Below, piece after piece: positions 23,601 to 35,276 of a DNA stretch of 64,000 nucleotides. This DNA comes from Ylistrum balloti (lineage: Eukaryota). How positions within the stretch are numbered: position 1 is the stretch's first letter; every line of letters begins with the position of its first letter. The position numbers and the translations under genes are program-made. Location: the NCBI RefSeq assembly GCF_031769215.1, contig NW_026782115.1:682001-746000 (forward strand). Direction: 5' to 3'. The notes beneath the pieces were generated by a model. It was not told the DNA's origin. It did no database searches and saw nothing but the letters and a program-made list of their open reading frames with translations.

Positions 23601-26469
23601 AGCTATGAAACTCATCACAAGTACTGAACTTTAAAGCATCAAACAGCCCTGTGCAATTACGTTTTTATCAAAATCCGCAAATTCAAGTTAATATTGACAT
23701 CTGTCGTGCCACGGTGATTCTAATTTCACCTCCTGATCTGTCTTATCATTTGTGTTACTTTCAGGAAATATTAACATGATAATGTACAGTACTTCCATAT
23801 CTTGTCATCATTTCATAAACAAAATAGCGACAGTGACCAAAACTGTTATCGAAAACACAGTATGATCAAAGCTGATTATATATATAAACATTAATCAGCC
23901 TTATGTTTTGTTGTATTCGGAGGTTAATCATAAACTTTGATTAAGTTTAGAAATAATACAGATATTGAGGACATGGCCGATTACTGATTCTTTAAAGTGT
24001 ATTTCTATAACCATACATTGGGCATGTTTCCACCTTGCGACCTACTTTTTTGTGCACTGTGCCCGTGAGAAAATACATCCTTCTTGACGTTAAATGTTTG
24101 CTCAGAACCAAGGATTGAGTTCAAGTCTTGTTACAATGGTACATGTCGTAATACTACGTAGAAATGTAAAACCTTATTAAAGCGTTATGCGGACCATGAA
24201 TCAGTGCCTGATCTTTTATTGTTGTAACAATATGTTTGTAATATACCTGTTAGATTAGGAAGTTTAGAAAGCATTAATTCATTGACGTGTACATATAAGA
24301 CAGATTAAAACGAATCATAACTTAGTTTAAAAGTTCATATCAGTTTAGAACGCACTATGCTAATTTATTAGTCATACAAACATATCATATATATTTGCCG
24401 ACCCTAAGTTTAACAGGTTTTGATCTTCCTTAAATGCTAAAATGGATTTTGTTTTATACCACACTAAAACATACGTATTCTGGAAAGTATTTTCTGGTAT
24501 ATAGATAAGAGTTCACGTGAATAGATTGTACAGGTACTAGGGAAGGTTATCGAAACTATATATTTCTCTCTATGCTGCTTATAAATTACAATAAGGGTAT
24601 GTATCACAGTATAAGTCCTTCAAAAACAGATAAGATAAGGTACTGGTTGTTTAAATCAAACAAGACTGGATAAGTACTGGGAGTATACGAAACCAATGGT
24701 CGTACATGGATGTTGTAACTCATTAGTCATGTAACGTAAATATTTCGTAATTTCTCGGCTTGAGGACTAATTGTAATTTTTTAAACTTTCTAACTCCATT
24801 ATTCCACGTAAGTTAGGATTAGAAAGTCAATTATCTTTTTAAAAAAGATTGCCTGATATGTCGAACAAGTTTTAGATTGTTCCTGTTGAATATCGCTTAC
24901 TATGAAGTGACGAAAAACAACAAGAAATATCAACATGACAACATAATCCAAACTCAGAGTCGATAAAACTAGGGCAAAATGTGAACAAAAAAGATTTACA
25001 CGGAGACTTGTGTAAAAGAACAAGGAGAACGTAAATAATTTAACATATCATCATATGTTTAAATTCATAATAAATACAAATATATGATCTTTTCTTTCTA
25101 CGTTGGTTGTTAACTGTTGAATTTCAGTAATGTGGTATCAGAAAGCCTGAAATAGTATTGAATGATCGCTTAGGTAGGTCACAGTGAATGTATTTAGCTG
25201 TGGCGAAAAAACTGTTAGATGTATATTATAGGATTGTGAATCAAATCCATTCCTTAAATTTTACTCTTTAAAGATAAATAAATAAAATATAACAGTCCAA
25301 TTTAACCCTTTTATCATTGATACAACAATGCAATCTATTGATTATGAGGATACATTGAAATCAAATATTGATCAAGTAAATAAAATAAAGATTTCTTGAC
25401 AAATAGAGACGGTATACGTCTGAATGAATGCTTTGTAAATATGTTTATATTTACATTTTATCCAATTTGGACAGCGAGCTTTGTATAGATTGTTGACCAT
25501 AGTGTATTGGTCTTCTTTTCTGTTTACATATGGCATCGCCGAGAGGTCGTTAAGGATATCAAACACTCTTTGATTATTCATAGTCCCATGTTCTCTATTT
25601 GATCATTCTGTTGCCCACTTAGCTTAGCTGCTTATTTTTCGTTTATTTTCGATAACTTTTTCACACAAATAACAAAAACTCAAAATTGGAGCTATAAAAG
25701 ACGTGAGAATGTTTTGTAAGATTATAGTTCTGTGTTCGTGTTGAACAATGTGCGAAATCAACAATGACAGATGTATATAAGTTATACGACTGTCATTGTG
25801 GTTTGATCAATAGTGTTTCATCTGTCTACAGCACCATGGTCGTTTGATAACTGTCACTGACCGAGCAAATCCAAAGCATCATAAGCTTTTTGACATGGAG
25901 AGAGAATGTATATATCTATTTTTCTGAAAGGTGTCTGAAGAAATATCGTCACTTTTATTTGTATATCATATGATGATAGATATGTTGAAACCAACGCCTG
26001 TTTTGTTTTTGTTTTACGTATGACTTATTCAATTAAAATTATCGATATATCGTGTCATAAAGCTATAAGGTTTGACATTTGTGTTATGGCGGTGTTTGTA
26101 TGTAGACTATAAAATGAAAACATCCTATTATATATACAATGTGGTAGATCTATATAAGATAACATTCTGAACATATTAAATGTCTTTTTCAATAACGTTT
26201 GCTTCAAGATCAATAAATTTATCGCTTGTGTAGTGGCAAACTAGGCTGTGACATATGTACATTTACATATGTGACTTAAAGATAAAAAATTCTCTATGAA
26301 GATGAACATTTTATAAACACATAACACAACTCCTCTAGAAAATGATTATCATTGTGGTTTATCATACATAACGAAAATCCTTTTCACGATGGTTTTTATA
26401 GTTTCTTATTTCGTTTATAAACCAGTCTTGTCTTAACTGTTGTAGTTATGTATCACTAATCCAGCTAAG

Positions 26470-26670
26470 TGATAAAGTGATTTTGGTAAATAACATTAAT
26501 GTATCTAGATTAGCAATGAAGTTTAAAATCATTAAACTTTTCAACTGACACGTGGATATATCTTTTTTTCCCTTTTGCTCCACAAAGTCCAATTCAGCTA
26601 TATGAATAATAGCATTGGTAATTTGTATAGACATTGAAAATGTCATCGTATCTTGAAATATTGTTGTATA
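26470..26670 (-). pseudogene. Heavily decayed Penelope-like retroelement reverse transcriptase fragment
   Basis: Frameshifted minus-strand pieces YNNISRYDDIFN (cf. FNNTSRYLDDI), KIYP, QLK and FTKI occur in the order expected for the RT palm region of Penelope-like elements. Confidence 0.45.
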
Positions 26671-29600
26671 AAACATTGTCAAGTTGGCCTGTATAAGCTT
26701 CATGAATTTTCTGTATCAACATGTAAACTAAGGATGTTTTGTCTTTGATGTGTGTTAATACGCTTAAGGTTTCGTTTTTCTTAAAGACAGTAGGATGACA
26801 ATCTTACTAAAACGGTGCACCGAGAAAGTTATTTTCATAATAGTATTTTCATATTAAAACTATCATTGATATTTCTTCAAAAATATTTAACGAATTTTTA
26901 ATTGTAAAATATCTATTTATAGAATTGTGCTCTTCACTTGAGTATTCAGACATGCTGTATCCCTGCACTGTATTGTCTCCAGGGACGCTTAAATGTGCAG
27001 ACTTTCTTAGTTACACTCAAGTGTTGTAAACATTTAATATAGATGCAATATTGAGGCAATGACTAGTATATCACACTAGACAACTTATCAAGTAATTTAT
27101 TGATGGGAAAAGATTTCAGAAGAAAATATATACGACTGAAATATTTATTTTCGGAAGGGATTAGAATTTAAGTACCGTTTTGTATGACATCAAATTGAAA
27201 TTTATTATATGACAAGAGGAAATTCGTGTTCGATAAAGTCCATTTTAAGTTTACACCCGCACTTGCAAACATTGCCCAGTGTACAACCAAAGGTAAAGTC
27301 GGCCAACCTGAAGACAAGTGGATGATAGGTTATTCATATTAATAGTTTACAGTAACCTAACACATGTGAAGTGGTCGTACCCCTGGACACTGTGGTCCTT
27401 CCTGCCTTATCGCCAGTACGACACTCAGTCGTTGCTGGCTCGTGTGGAGACAGGCTTCGTGGCGGATACAGGTGATATATATATATACAGGTGTGTGTTT
27501 GTGTGTGGAGATATTGGTAAACGTATAGTCTATGGTTACAGGTGGGCTAAGCAAACCAGAGTGAAGGTGTTCTTTCCCTGCATAAATTCAACAGTGACAT
27601 TCTTGTGATTGATTCATTGTCATTTCTCGGCATTTAATCTGGAAACATATATCATTTTAAGGTAAGGGTTTTATCTGTTAAAACTTATCATATTGTTACA
27701 TAGCCTTGGTGAAGATGCAGTGTAAGAATTTGCATCGATGTAAGTAAGTTTCCCGTGTAACCTCAGTAGATCTAGTGTAAGAGTCTCCTTCGTGGTATAT
27801 GATGTATCCAAAATACATTGCTATGACTGTCTTCTATATTTTGATTATATTTTTTGTTCTTATGTTTTTAATCTATTTTCGATAATAATTATCAATGTAT
27901 TTTATTCCTATGTACTGTATTGATGACACAAACTATGTGGAGTAAACATTGAAAAGGACTTTCCACTTATTTATCGAAAATCTTTACAAACGACAAATAT
28001 GTAAATCGTGAGGGACTCGTGGATTTCATGTCTCAAATCTGTTATGATCTTGTCCATATTCAAACTAATCTTTTCAAAATTTGCAAACTGTTTAGTAAAC
28101 TCTCTCTCGAGATACAGCTGAACAAATGTCAATGCTATCTATTTTCATTAAATTTTAGATTTAGGAATGAAAATAAGCGAATGGGTTTATATTTCTATTG
28201 ACATGACATTTTAATAGTCAATATACTTAATACATATTTCTTTTCAATATTTATTAAATCTCAAAACTTCATGAATACGCTGATTGATGGTGAACCATAA
28301 ATTTTTCTACAGGTGCTGAGATTTAATTCACCACACATTATATCTTTATATTGCTTTAATGTAATTAAAATGCTTTCAACTGATAATACCGTCACCTTGG
28401 CACTATCGACATCTGTTTAATTAGAGTCACAACTTAATTAATCAATACTTGGTTGAAGTTTCATATGTACGCTTTCAATTCTGAGGTATAATGGACCAAC
28501 ATCGAGAATGAAAAAAACTATGCAAACTAGAAATGTACATTTATAGGTAGTGAGTTTCATTGATTTCAAAATGTCCATATGTATATATATAGCTAGCTAT
28601 GAATTGTATCTAGTAAACCAAGGTAAGTGATTAAGTGCTTGGCGTGTGTTTAACGTAAACAGCAGGTAAAGTCAATTAGTGAGACCAGGTAGCATTGATT
28701 TACCTTTGTAGTGATGTCGATTTCTGTTTTAGACGCGTTTCTTCATCTCTATGATATATGGTAGAGATGTAATCTGTTTAACACTTCAGATGAATTCAAG
28801 GACAACGATAAATATTATGAGCTTATCAACAGATATACAATGTATATCTAATAGATATAGTATGTGGTGGTACTCATAAACGTAAATACATTTATTATTT
28901 ACCTGTTAAAACTCCTCAATGTATGATCAAAATCTCATTTCTATTTACATCGAAATCTTCATTTATTTCTTCAGGAAGTCAGATGATCGAGCCTGACATG
29001 TCATTATTCGATATTACATAATATGATGATATTTTTTGCCTATTGCTGTTAACTACAATCCAAAAAGGAGACTATTAATTTTTTTTTTTTTTTTTTTTTA
29101 CTATTTATTATTATAACAGGTTCACGGTAACAATGTGATCAATCACGTTAAAACGATCACGTGATCACCCCATATTTGTGACATGACAATTATGATATTA
29201 ACGGCTTTTCACAGTGCTGATAAGTTAGGTACATTTGTACATGTACCGATATAACGCTCTGACCGACCTTATCATGCCGTTATTGAAAACACAAATCTAA
29301 ACTATCCAATATATATTGGAATATACATTTTCAAATAATCCTAGATTTTAAATGGATAAATATCTTGTAAAAGTAAATAGATTTTAAATTCCGTATTTTA
29401 ATACATTGTGTTGTGCACAGATTTGATCGATTTTTCGCCTCCGATACCCGGAAAAGAATATATCTATGGATTTTATTACATTTGTAACACACTGTGAAAT
29501 TTAAAACAGTTTATTAACGGACTTGTTTGAGAACAGGGTATTATATATATTTTTTTCTGTATTAAGCATTTCGAAGTATCAAATCAATATAGCCTGCACG

Positions 29601-31784
29601 TTACTTTCTTTAATTTGTGTCTTTATCCTGTACAATAAGTTACTTTCTTGAGAAAATTAGTCTAAAAGACCACAGGAAGCATATATTGTTTGTTTGAAAT
29701 ATGAGTAGATATTCGAAAGACATATAATGGTTCGTATTTAATCTTTTTACGATATGTAACACAAAATTATCAACATCATAAAAAATAACCGACTCAAAGT
29801 AACATTACTTAACATAAATTGTGTCCGTCTTCAAATTCATGACATACATTTATATAATAGTTTCATAATATGCCAGTAGAGCACTGAATAAGGAAACATA
29901 TGAATGTTATAAGATTTTTCCTAAGCTCGTCTGAATCAATTTATCACACATGACATTTCAAAATTCGAACTTTACGAAATAAGTGTTAAGTCTGTATATA
30001 TTAGTATACAAATCTTTAGTGTATGTGTTCACGGTGAGAAAGAGACTAACAACACGCGGGTTATATGTTTCTGTCGGTAACAGCTAATGTAGCTTGTAAT
30101 CTGTATCACAGGTATCATAACTATCCATCACTGGTATCAATATCCCCTTATAGTATTTAATGGGTTTTTTAAAACCAGCTTTCAACGGGTAACAGAGGGG
30201 CTCGATCCATTTAAATCCTCCTGGAGATGGACGGTAAGGCGTGTGCATTGTATCCATATATTCGTGTAAGATTTTATGAGGTTGAAAATGATCCATTTAT
30301 CATAAAACGTTTAATCCGAGTCAGAGACGGTGTCATAAAATCTGGAATATAAATTAAAGTACACAGGTGTCGAACATGTTCACTTCATCTACCGCAAAGC
30401 CTTCGTGACAATTTGGAAATTTAAAGGTAGGGCACCAATACACATAATGCTGAAATAGCGTTTGCTGCAAATACTGCAGTGATAGTAATTTTTGATATCT
30501 CGGATTCGCGGTTGAGCCAAAAACTTGAAACAAAACGATACATTCTTCACTGAAGTCATGGAAATCTATTATTTCTGTATCAATTCTATTTTCAGTACCA
30601 GCCTACCTGTTTTTCACTATTTCATACATGTACCACCGCTGAAAATAATGACTCCTCGATAAATTTCCTCAGAATTAACATTCTATCTTAAACCGAAATC
30701 AATATATTTTTCTCACTTCACTATTCAGCATTTAAAATCAATGTTATGCACTACAAACGTATTTAAGATTAAGACAATTCCATGGCTTAAAATCGATTAA
30801 ACAACTGCTTATAATCGTATTTTTCATATTCGATACAAAAGCGGCACTGCTGCTGTCGCATAAGTTCTTTTGGTTTATAGAGCAGCATTTTCCTGTCGAA
30901 GTACTTATTGATAAAGAACAAGATGTTATATATAGCTCCTGTTCGTACAGCGAGACAGGAGAGTGATTGAAACTCCACGCAGTCCTATCAATATGATGGC
31001 GAATCAATACCGATACCTTGCGTAACTCTGTAATGTACTTTGTGTGTTCGTTTTTGCAGAGCAGTTATGCTTAGCCCTATTATGAATGAATATTGAACAG
31101 CAACAGAATAGTTTAATTATTAGCTGTGTGCGGTCATTACCATTAATAAACATGGGCGATTCTGATATTAATTTTGCCCGACAAATAGTAACATTGTAGT
31201 CGCTTTAATCAAACTTCATATATCATTCCCCAAACAGATGGTTGGAATTTGATACTGACTCAATTCAAATATGTAAGCTCATTTGACATATTTGTGATGT
31301 AGATATTATTTATGAAGCTGTGTCAATATAAACGTGACTGTAATGCCAGTTTTTACTACTCAGTTTCTACATAATACGCTTTTTTATTTTCATGGTTGTA
31401 AAACGTCTTCTGTTATTCAAAGTTGTATACATGCTATGTTTTTCAGTGAATACATCAAACGAAAAATGAATGAGAAAATGTCAAACTGTCAGAAAGTATC
31501 ATCATGATGAGAATTGCAGAGCATCACGCTACCAATCTCATGGATTGTGAAACGGGTAGCATCGTATATAGATTATTAAAAGAAACGTTGAAAGAAAAGA
31601 AAGTATACGTGATTCAGAACTGTTAAAAACCCTACATACTAGCATTCTTTAACTTGACAGATAATACATCACCCCTGTTTTTGTATTTTACAGATGGCTG
31701 CTTTGTCATGAAATTCTTCCTGTGTTTGTGTTATCCTCGTGTTAGTCATCTCCGTTGATTTTTTTGGTACAATTCGATGCCAAC

Positions 31785-32774
31785 ATGTCAGCTTTAGAAG
31801 TTCCTAGCTACAACTCCTCAAGGGTTCAGAGAGCATACAGAATCAATAACATAGAAACTACAAAACTGCATGGACGTCTTAATCTTTTGGATAAAGAAAA
31901 AAAACGACAGATTCAGGTGACAAACCAGGATATTCGACTAATATCGGTTACTTTGGATTACATCAATTCGTGCAGTGGGCAAAGTCCAGAAGGACTGGGT
32001 CCAGACTCCGAGGAAGAATATGAAAAGCCGGAAGGTGCGCCATGTTTTTTGTATGGAGAAAGAATTGTGAGCCGAAAAAGACGACGATTTCAACGTCCGC
32101 AATCAGCTACCGAGAGATCACGTGTCAAACCACTGGATTTGTCTGATCTTAGTGACAAATCAAGTGAAGTGTCATCAGCAACACGCCCACAAAGTAGTCC
32201 CGCAAAATCGCGCACGTTTATAACGTCATTAAGAGGAGACGGTGATTTCGATGACGTGTCAAGTATACCTGTTGACAACGACACTGAGTCCACTCTATCG
32301 TATAGCCGTGCATCGACCCCAAGATCAAATCACTCATGGATGACAGAAACTTCCGATATAACTAAAAAATTGCTTCGTGCTAATATAAATGCAGAAAGAC
32401 ATCCCATGGCAAGGAGAGAGAGCATGCGTCAACGTGAGATAGGTCAATTTAACAGTCAAAACGTATTCGATAAGAAAGCTATTGCTCGGAAAATGTATTC
32501 AATGCGTAAGAAACCATCAAGAGACCCTAATGATAAGACTGCTCCTGTTTTCGCAAACACTGCATTGAACAGAAATGCCGGAATTATGGACATTCTTAAT
32601 CAACGACGACCAACTCTTTCAGCGAATGAATGGAAGTCTCATCTTTCTCAATCAAGGAGTCCTATGACGATTGCAGATCAAAGAAAACATGTGATGGACA
32701 TAAAGATGGGTATTAACGAAGATAGAAAAGAAAGAATAAACAATAGAGTGAAAACGTTTATGAGTGAGTCGTAA
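31785..32774 (+). CDS. Uncharacterised 329-aa protein with N-terminal coiled-coil-like segment and Ser/Arg-rich disordered body; single coding exon
   Basis: 990-nt ORF in AT-rich DNA with higher GC; start context gccaacATG; upstream splice acceptor ttttacag at 31693; AATAAA cluster at 33213-33231. The track's TTG start at 31755 is less likely than the ATG at 31785. Confidence 0.85.
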   Translation: MSALEVPSYNSSRVQRAYRINNIETTKLHGRLNLLDKEKKRQIQVTNQDIRLISVTLDYINSCSGQSPEGLGPDSEEEYEKPEGAPCFLYGERIVSRKRRRFQRPQSATERSRVKPLDLSDLSDKSSEVSSATRPQSSPAKSRTFITSLRGDGDFDDVSSIPVDNDTESTLSYSRASTPRSNHSWMTETSDITKKLLRANINAERHPMARRESMRQREIGQFNSQNVFDKKAIARKMYSMRKKPSRDPNDKTAPVFANTALNRNAGIMDILNQRRPTLSANEWKSHLSQSRSPMTIADQRKHVMDIKMGINEDRKERINNRVKTFMSES

Positions 32775-33212
32775 TGGTGCTTTGATTTGGTCCCTGTGAA
32801 AAAACAATGCCACAATTGCCATAAAAGAAAAGTGCTCAAACGCAATAACTTCAATATTTTTCTAATTGTACCTTGCAAATACTTCATAAATGTATATAAT
32901 AAATCATACGAGTTGTCATTCAACATGTATGTAATTTGTCACTTGTTCTCTTCCATTTCCGGATGGAACACAGCTTCGATCTGACCAAGTAAGATGGCAA
33001 ACTGCTGGCAATTTACAATTATTCCATCGTTAATTGTTTTCTTTAGCCTTGGTTTTACGAAAATTGTCTTGATTATATCAATTAAAAATCCCTACGAGGT
33101 TACGAAGGTGGCAGCCAGACCGAAAAAAGGGAACGCTCTCTATTTTCTACCTTTAGACCTTTTCTGTCTGCTCATTTTCCTGACATTTGCCGCTTAATAT
33201 GAGGATGGTATA

Positions 33213-33231
33213 AATAAATAAATTGAATAAA
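33213..33231 (+). promoter_or_regulatory. Candidate polyadenylation signals for the 31785-32774 gene
   Basis: Three AATAAA hexamers about 440 nt after the stop. Confidence 0.4.
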
Positions 33232-35030
33232 TGGCCGCCAACTGAATACATTTATGCTTTTTGATATTCTAATCAACAAAACGTACAAAACAAATAAATA
33301 ATGAGGATAATAATCAGTAACTAGCTGTATTATTTATAATAGGTCCTAAATGATAAAGTGAAGTCCAGAATGTAAAGGCAAATTCAACACTTCAAAACTT
33401 AAATAAATGATATTTATGCAATAGCGTGCAACACATAATTACACACACATCAAAAATGAAAATAATGTAATTTTATTATATCACTTTACATAAAATATAC
33501 ATTTTGATATCAGCGTATAATACGCATTATGCATTCATTTGTTCCATGTAAGAGTAAATTTATAGACAATATTTAGTATTTACGAAACATCTGGGAATAC
33601 AACACAACGTCAAATGTGGGAACAATACGATTTATCACTTTGGAATGTTTTAAATGAGAGAATTGACCAAAATATAATCTAGACAACGATAAGCTACAAA
33701 TATATTGCCTAGGTTTTTATACTTTTCTATGCTGTGTATATATTCTTTTCTCCTCTCCTGCTATATGCTTATATATTACCGAGTAATAGCAATTTACAGC
33801 AAAATGACTAACATACTGAGAAACTTTCGCTGCATTTGAACTTCCTCCTGTTTGGCAAAGTGGTCAAAATAAGACAAAAAAATGGGGGGACAAGATATGT
33901 ATGTAAATGCAGATTTTCTTCTCTTTTTTTTTTCGTTTCTATAGTGATTTCAATATCAGGCGAAACTTAACATTTTTGCCGTTGAGGTTGACTTCCTGTT
34001 ACAGTTTAAACAAATCAGTAAACAAATGTCGATTATTGGTAATCATATGTAAAAATATTTAAAATGAAGATATAGAAATATTTTCAGTTAGGTAAAAACA
34101 TATAGTTTTCTTTAATTAACTTTTCATTTCCCATTGTCCAATGTTGAAAGAATTTACTTGCAATATGATCCGAGGTATAGCTACAGAATGTTAGTAATTT
34201 CAAAATAATTTATTGGTCCTCCAGATTAGTACTGAACTGAAATGGGGGGATGCTGTTAACATATTATTAACGTGCTTATTGTTACTTTGTTCAATAATCG
34301 CCATGCTAACTTCCTTACCAGATCTATATACACTAATTTGAGTAATAATACTATGTTATTATGGTTATTGTCCTTACTGAAAGTTGTGTCAAAAACTATC
34401 GACACGTTTTGTTAAATTATTTGATAAATTCAATAATTACCTCCATGATTCCATATGGCTGTTCCAACAGAAATGTAAGCATTGCCTAGAAATTGTCAGA
34501 GGACATTTTTGACTTATTAAAAGGAGCATGCTAGGACGCTTCTCTCTATAATGAACAATGAAATTAATTGGTAAACCCGTTTTTGTTGCTAACTGGAACA
34601 CATTGTTGAATCTGTCTGTGACATATGAGATTGAAGCAAGTTGGAGAGCTTCTACTTTAAGATTGGTAATGATGTAGTCCTCAACCGTACAGAATTGTCT
34701 TGATTAATTATGTAAGATGCATATGTTCACTTTGTCTGTGTGATGGCCCCTTTGAAGTATCACAAAGTACCACTTCTTCAATGTACTCAACATTACTCCA
34801 TAAAATGTCCTTATGTTTACTACAACACTTCATTATTAATGTTCAAAGTAATTAATATCACCACCGTCTTCTTCTTTCTGGTGTTGTTGCACTTAGTATC
34901 ACATCTTCGAGATATGAATGTAGACCATATGACAAGCATGGATTTCATGACTTTTTCGGTAGTTCCAAGATAACGCTTTCATTAATGCTGATTTCAGGGA
35001 TGTTTCATGCACCAGAATAATGTTAATCCG

Positions 35031-35036
35031 TTTATT
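35031..35036 (-). promoter_or_regulatory. Candidate polyadenylation signal for rapsyn
   Basis: AATAAA on the minus strand about 135 nt after the stop. Confidence 0.45.
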
Positions 35037-35170
35037 AAACGAAATGACTTTACCGCAAATAACGATACAATATATCAACTCTTTGATGAAAGATCTTAAA
35101 CTCCGGTAAAGTGTCTGCAAGTGTATGGTAATCCCCGACTGCTAACACTAGAGCACTTTCTGGTGACACT

Positions 35171-35276
35171 CTATAATTCCAGGATAGGGTTACCAGATGA
35201 CTTGACACGACACGAGGGGCATGGTCTACGTGTGCCTTTCCTTCCCCAGGTGTATCGAGCCAGGTGGGGTCCACAC
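35171..35276 (-). CDS. RAPSN: Rapsyn coding exon 6 (RING end, stop)
   Basis: CGPHLARYTWGRKGTRRPCPSCRVKSSGNPILEL-TAG; acceptor ttttcgcag|. Confidence 0.93.

Noticed and set aside
32090-32293. Minus-strand 67-aa ORF
   Set aside because: Antisense shadow of the 31785-32774 CDS.
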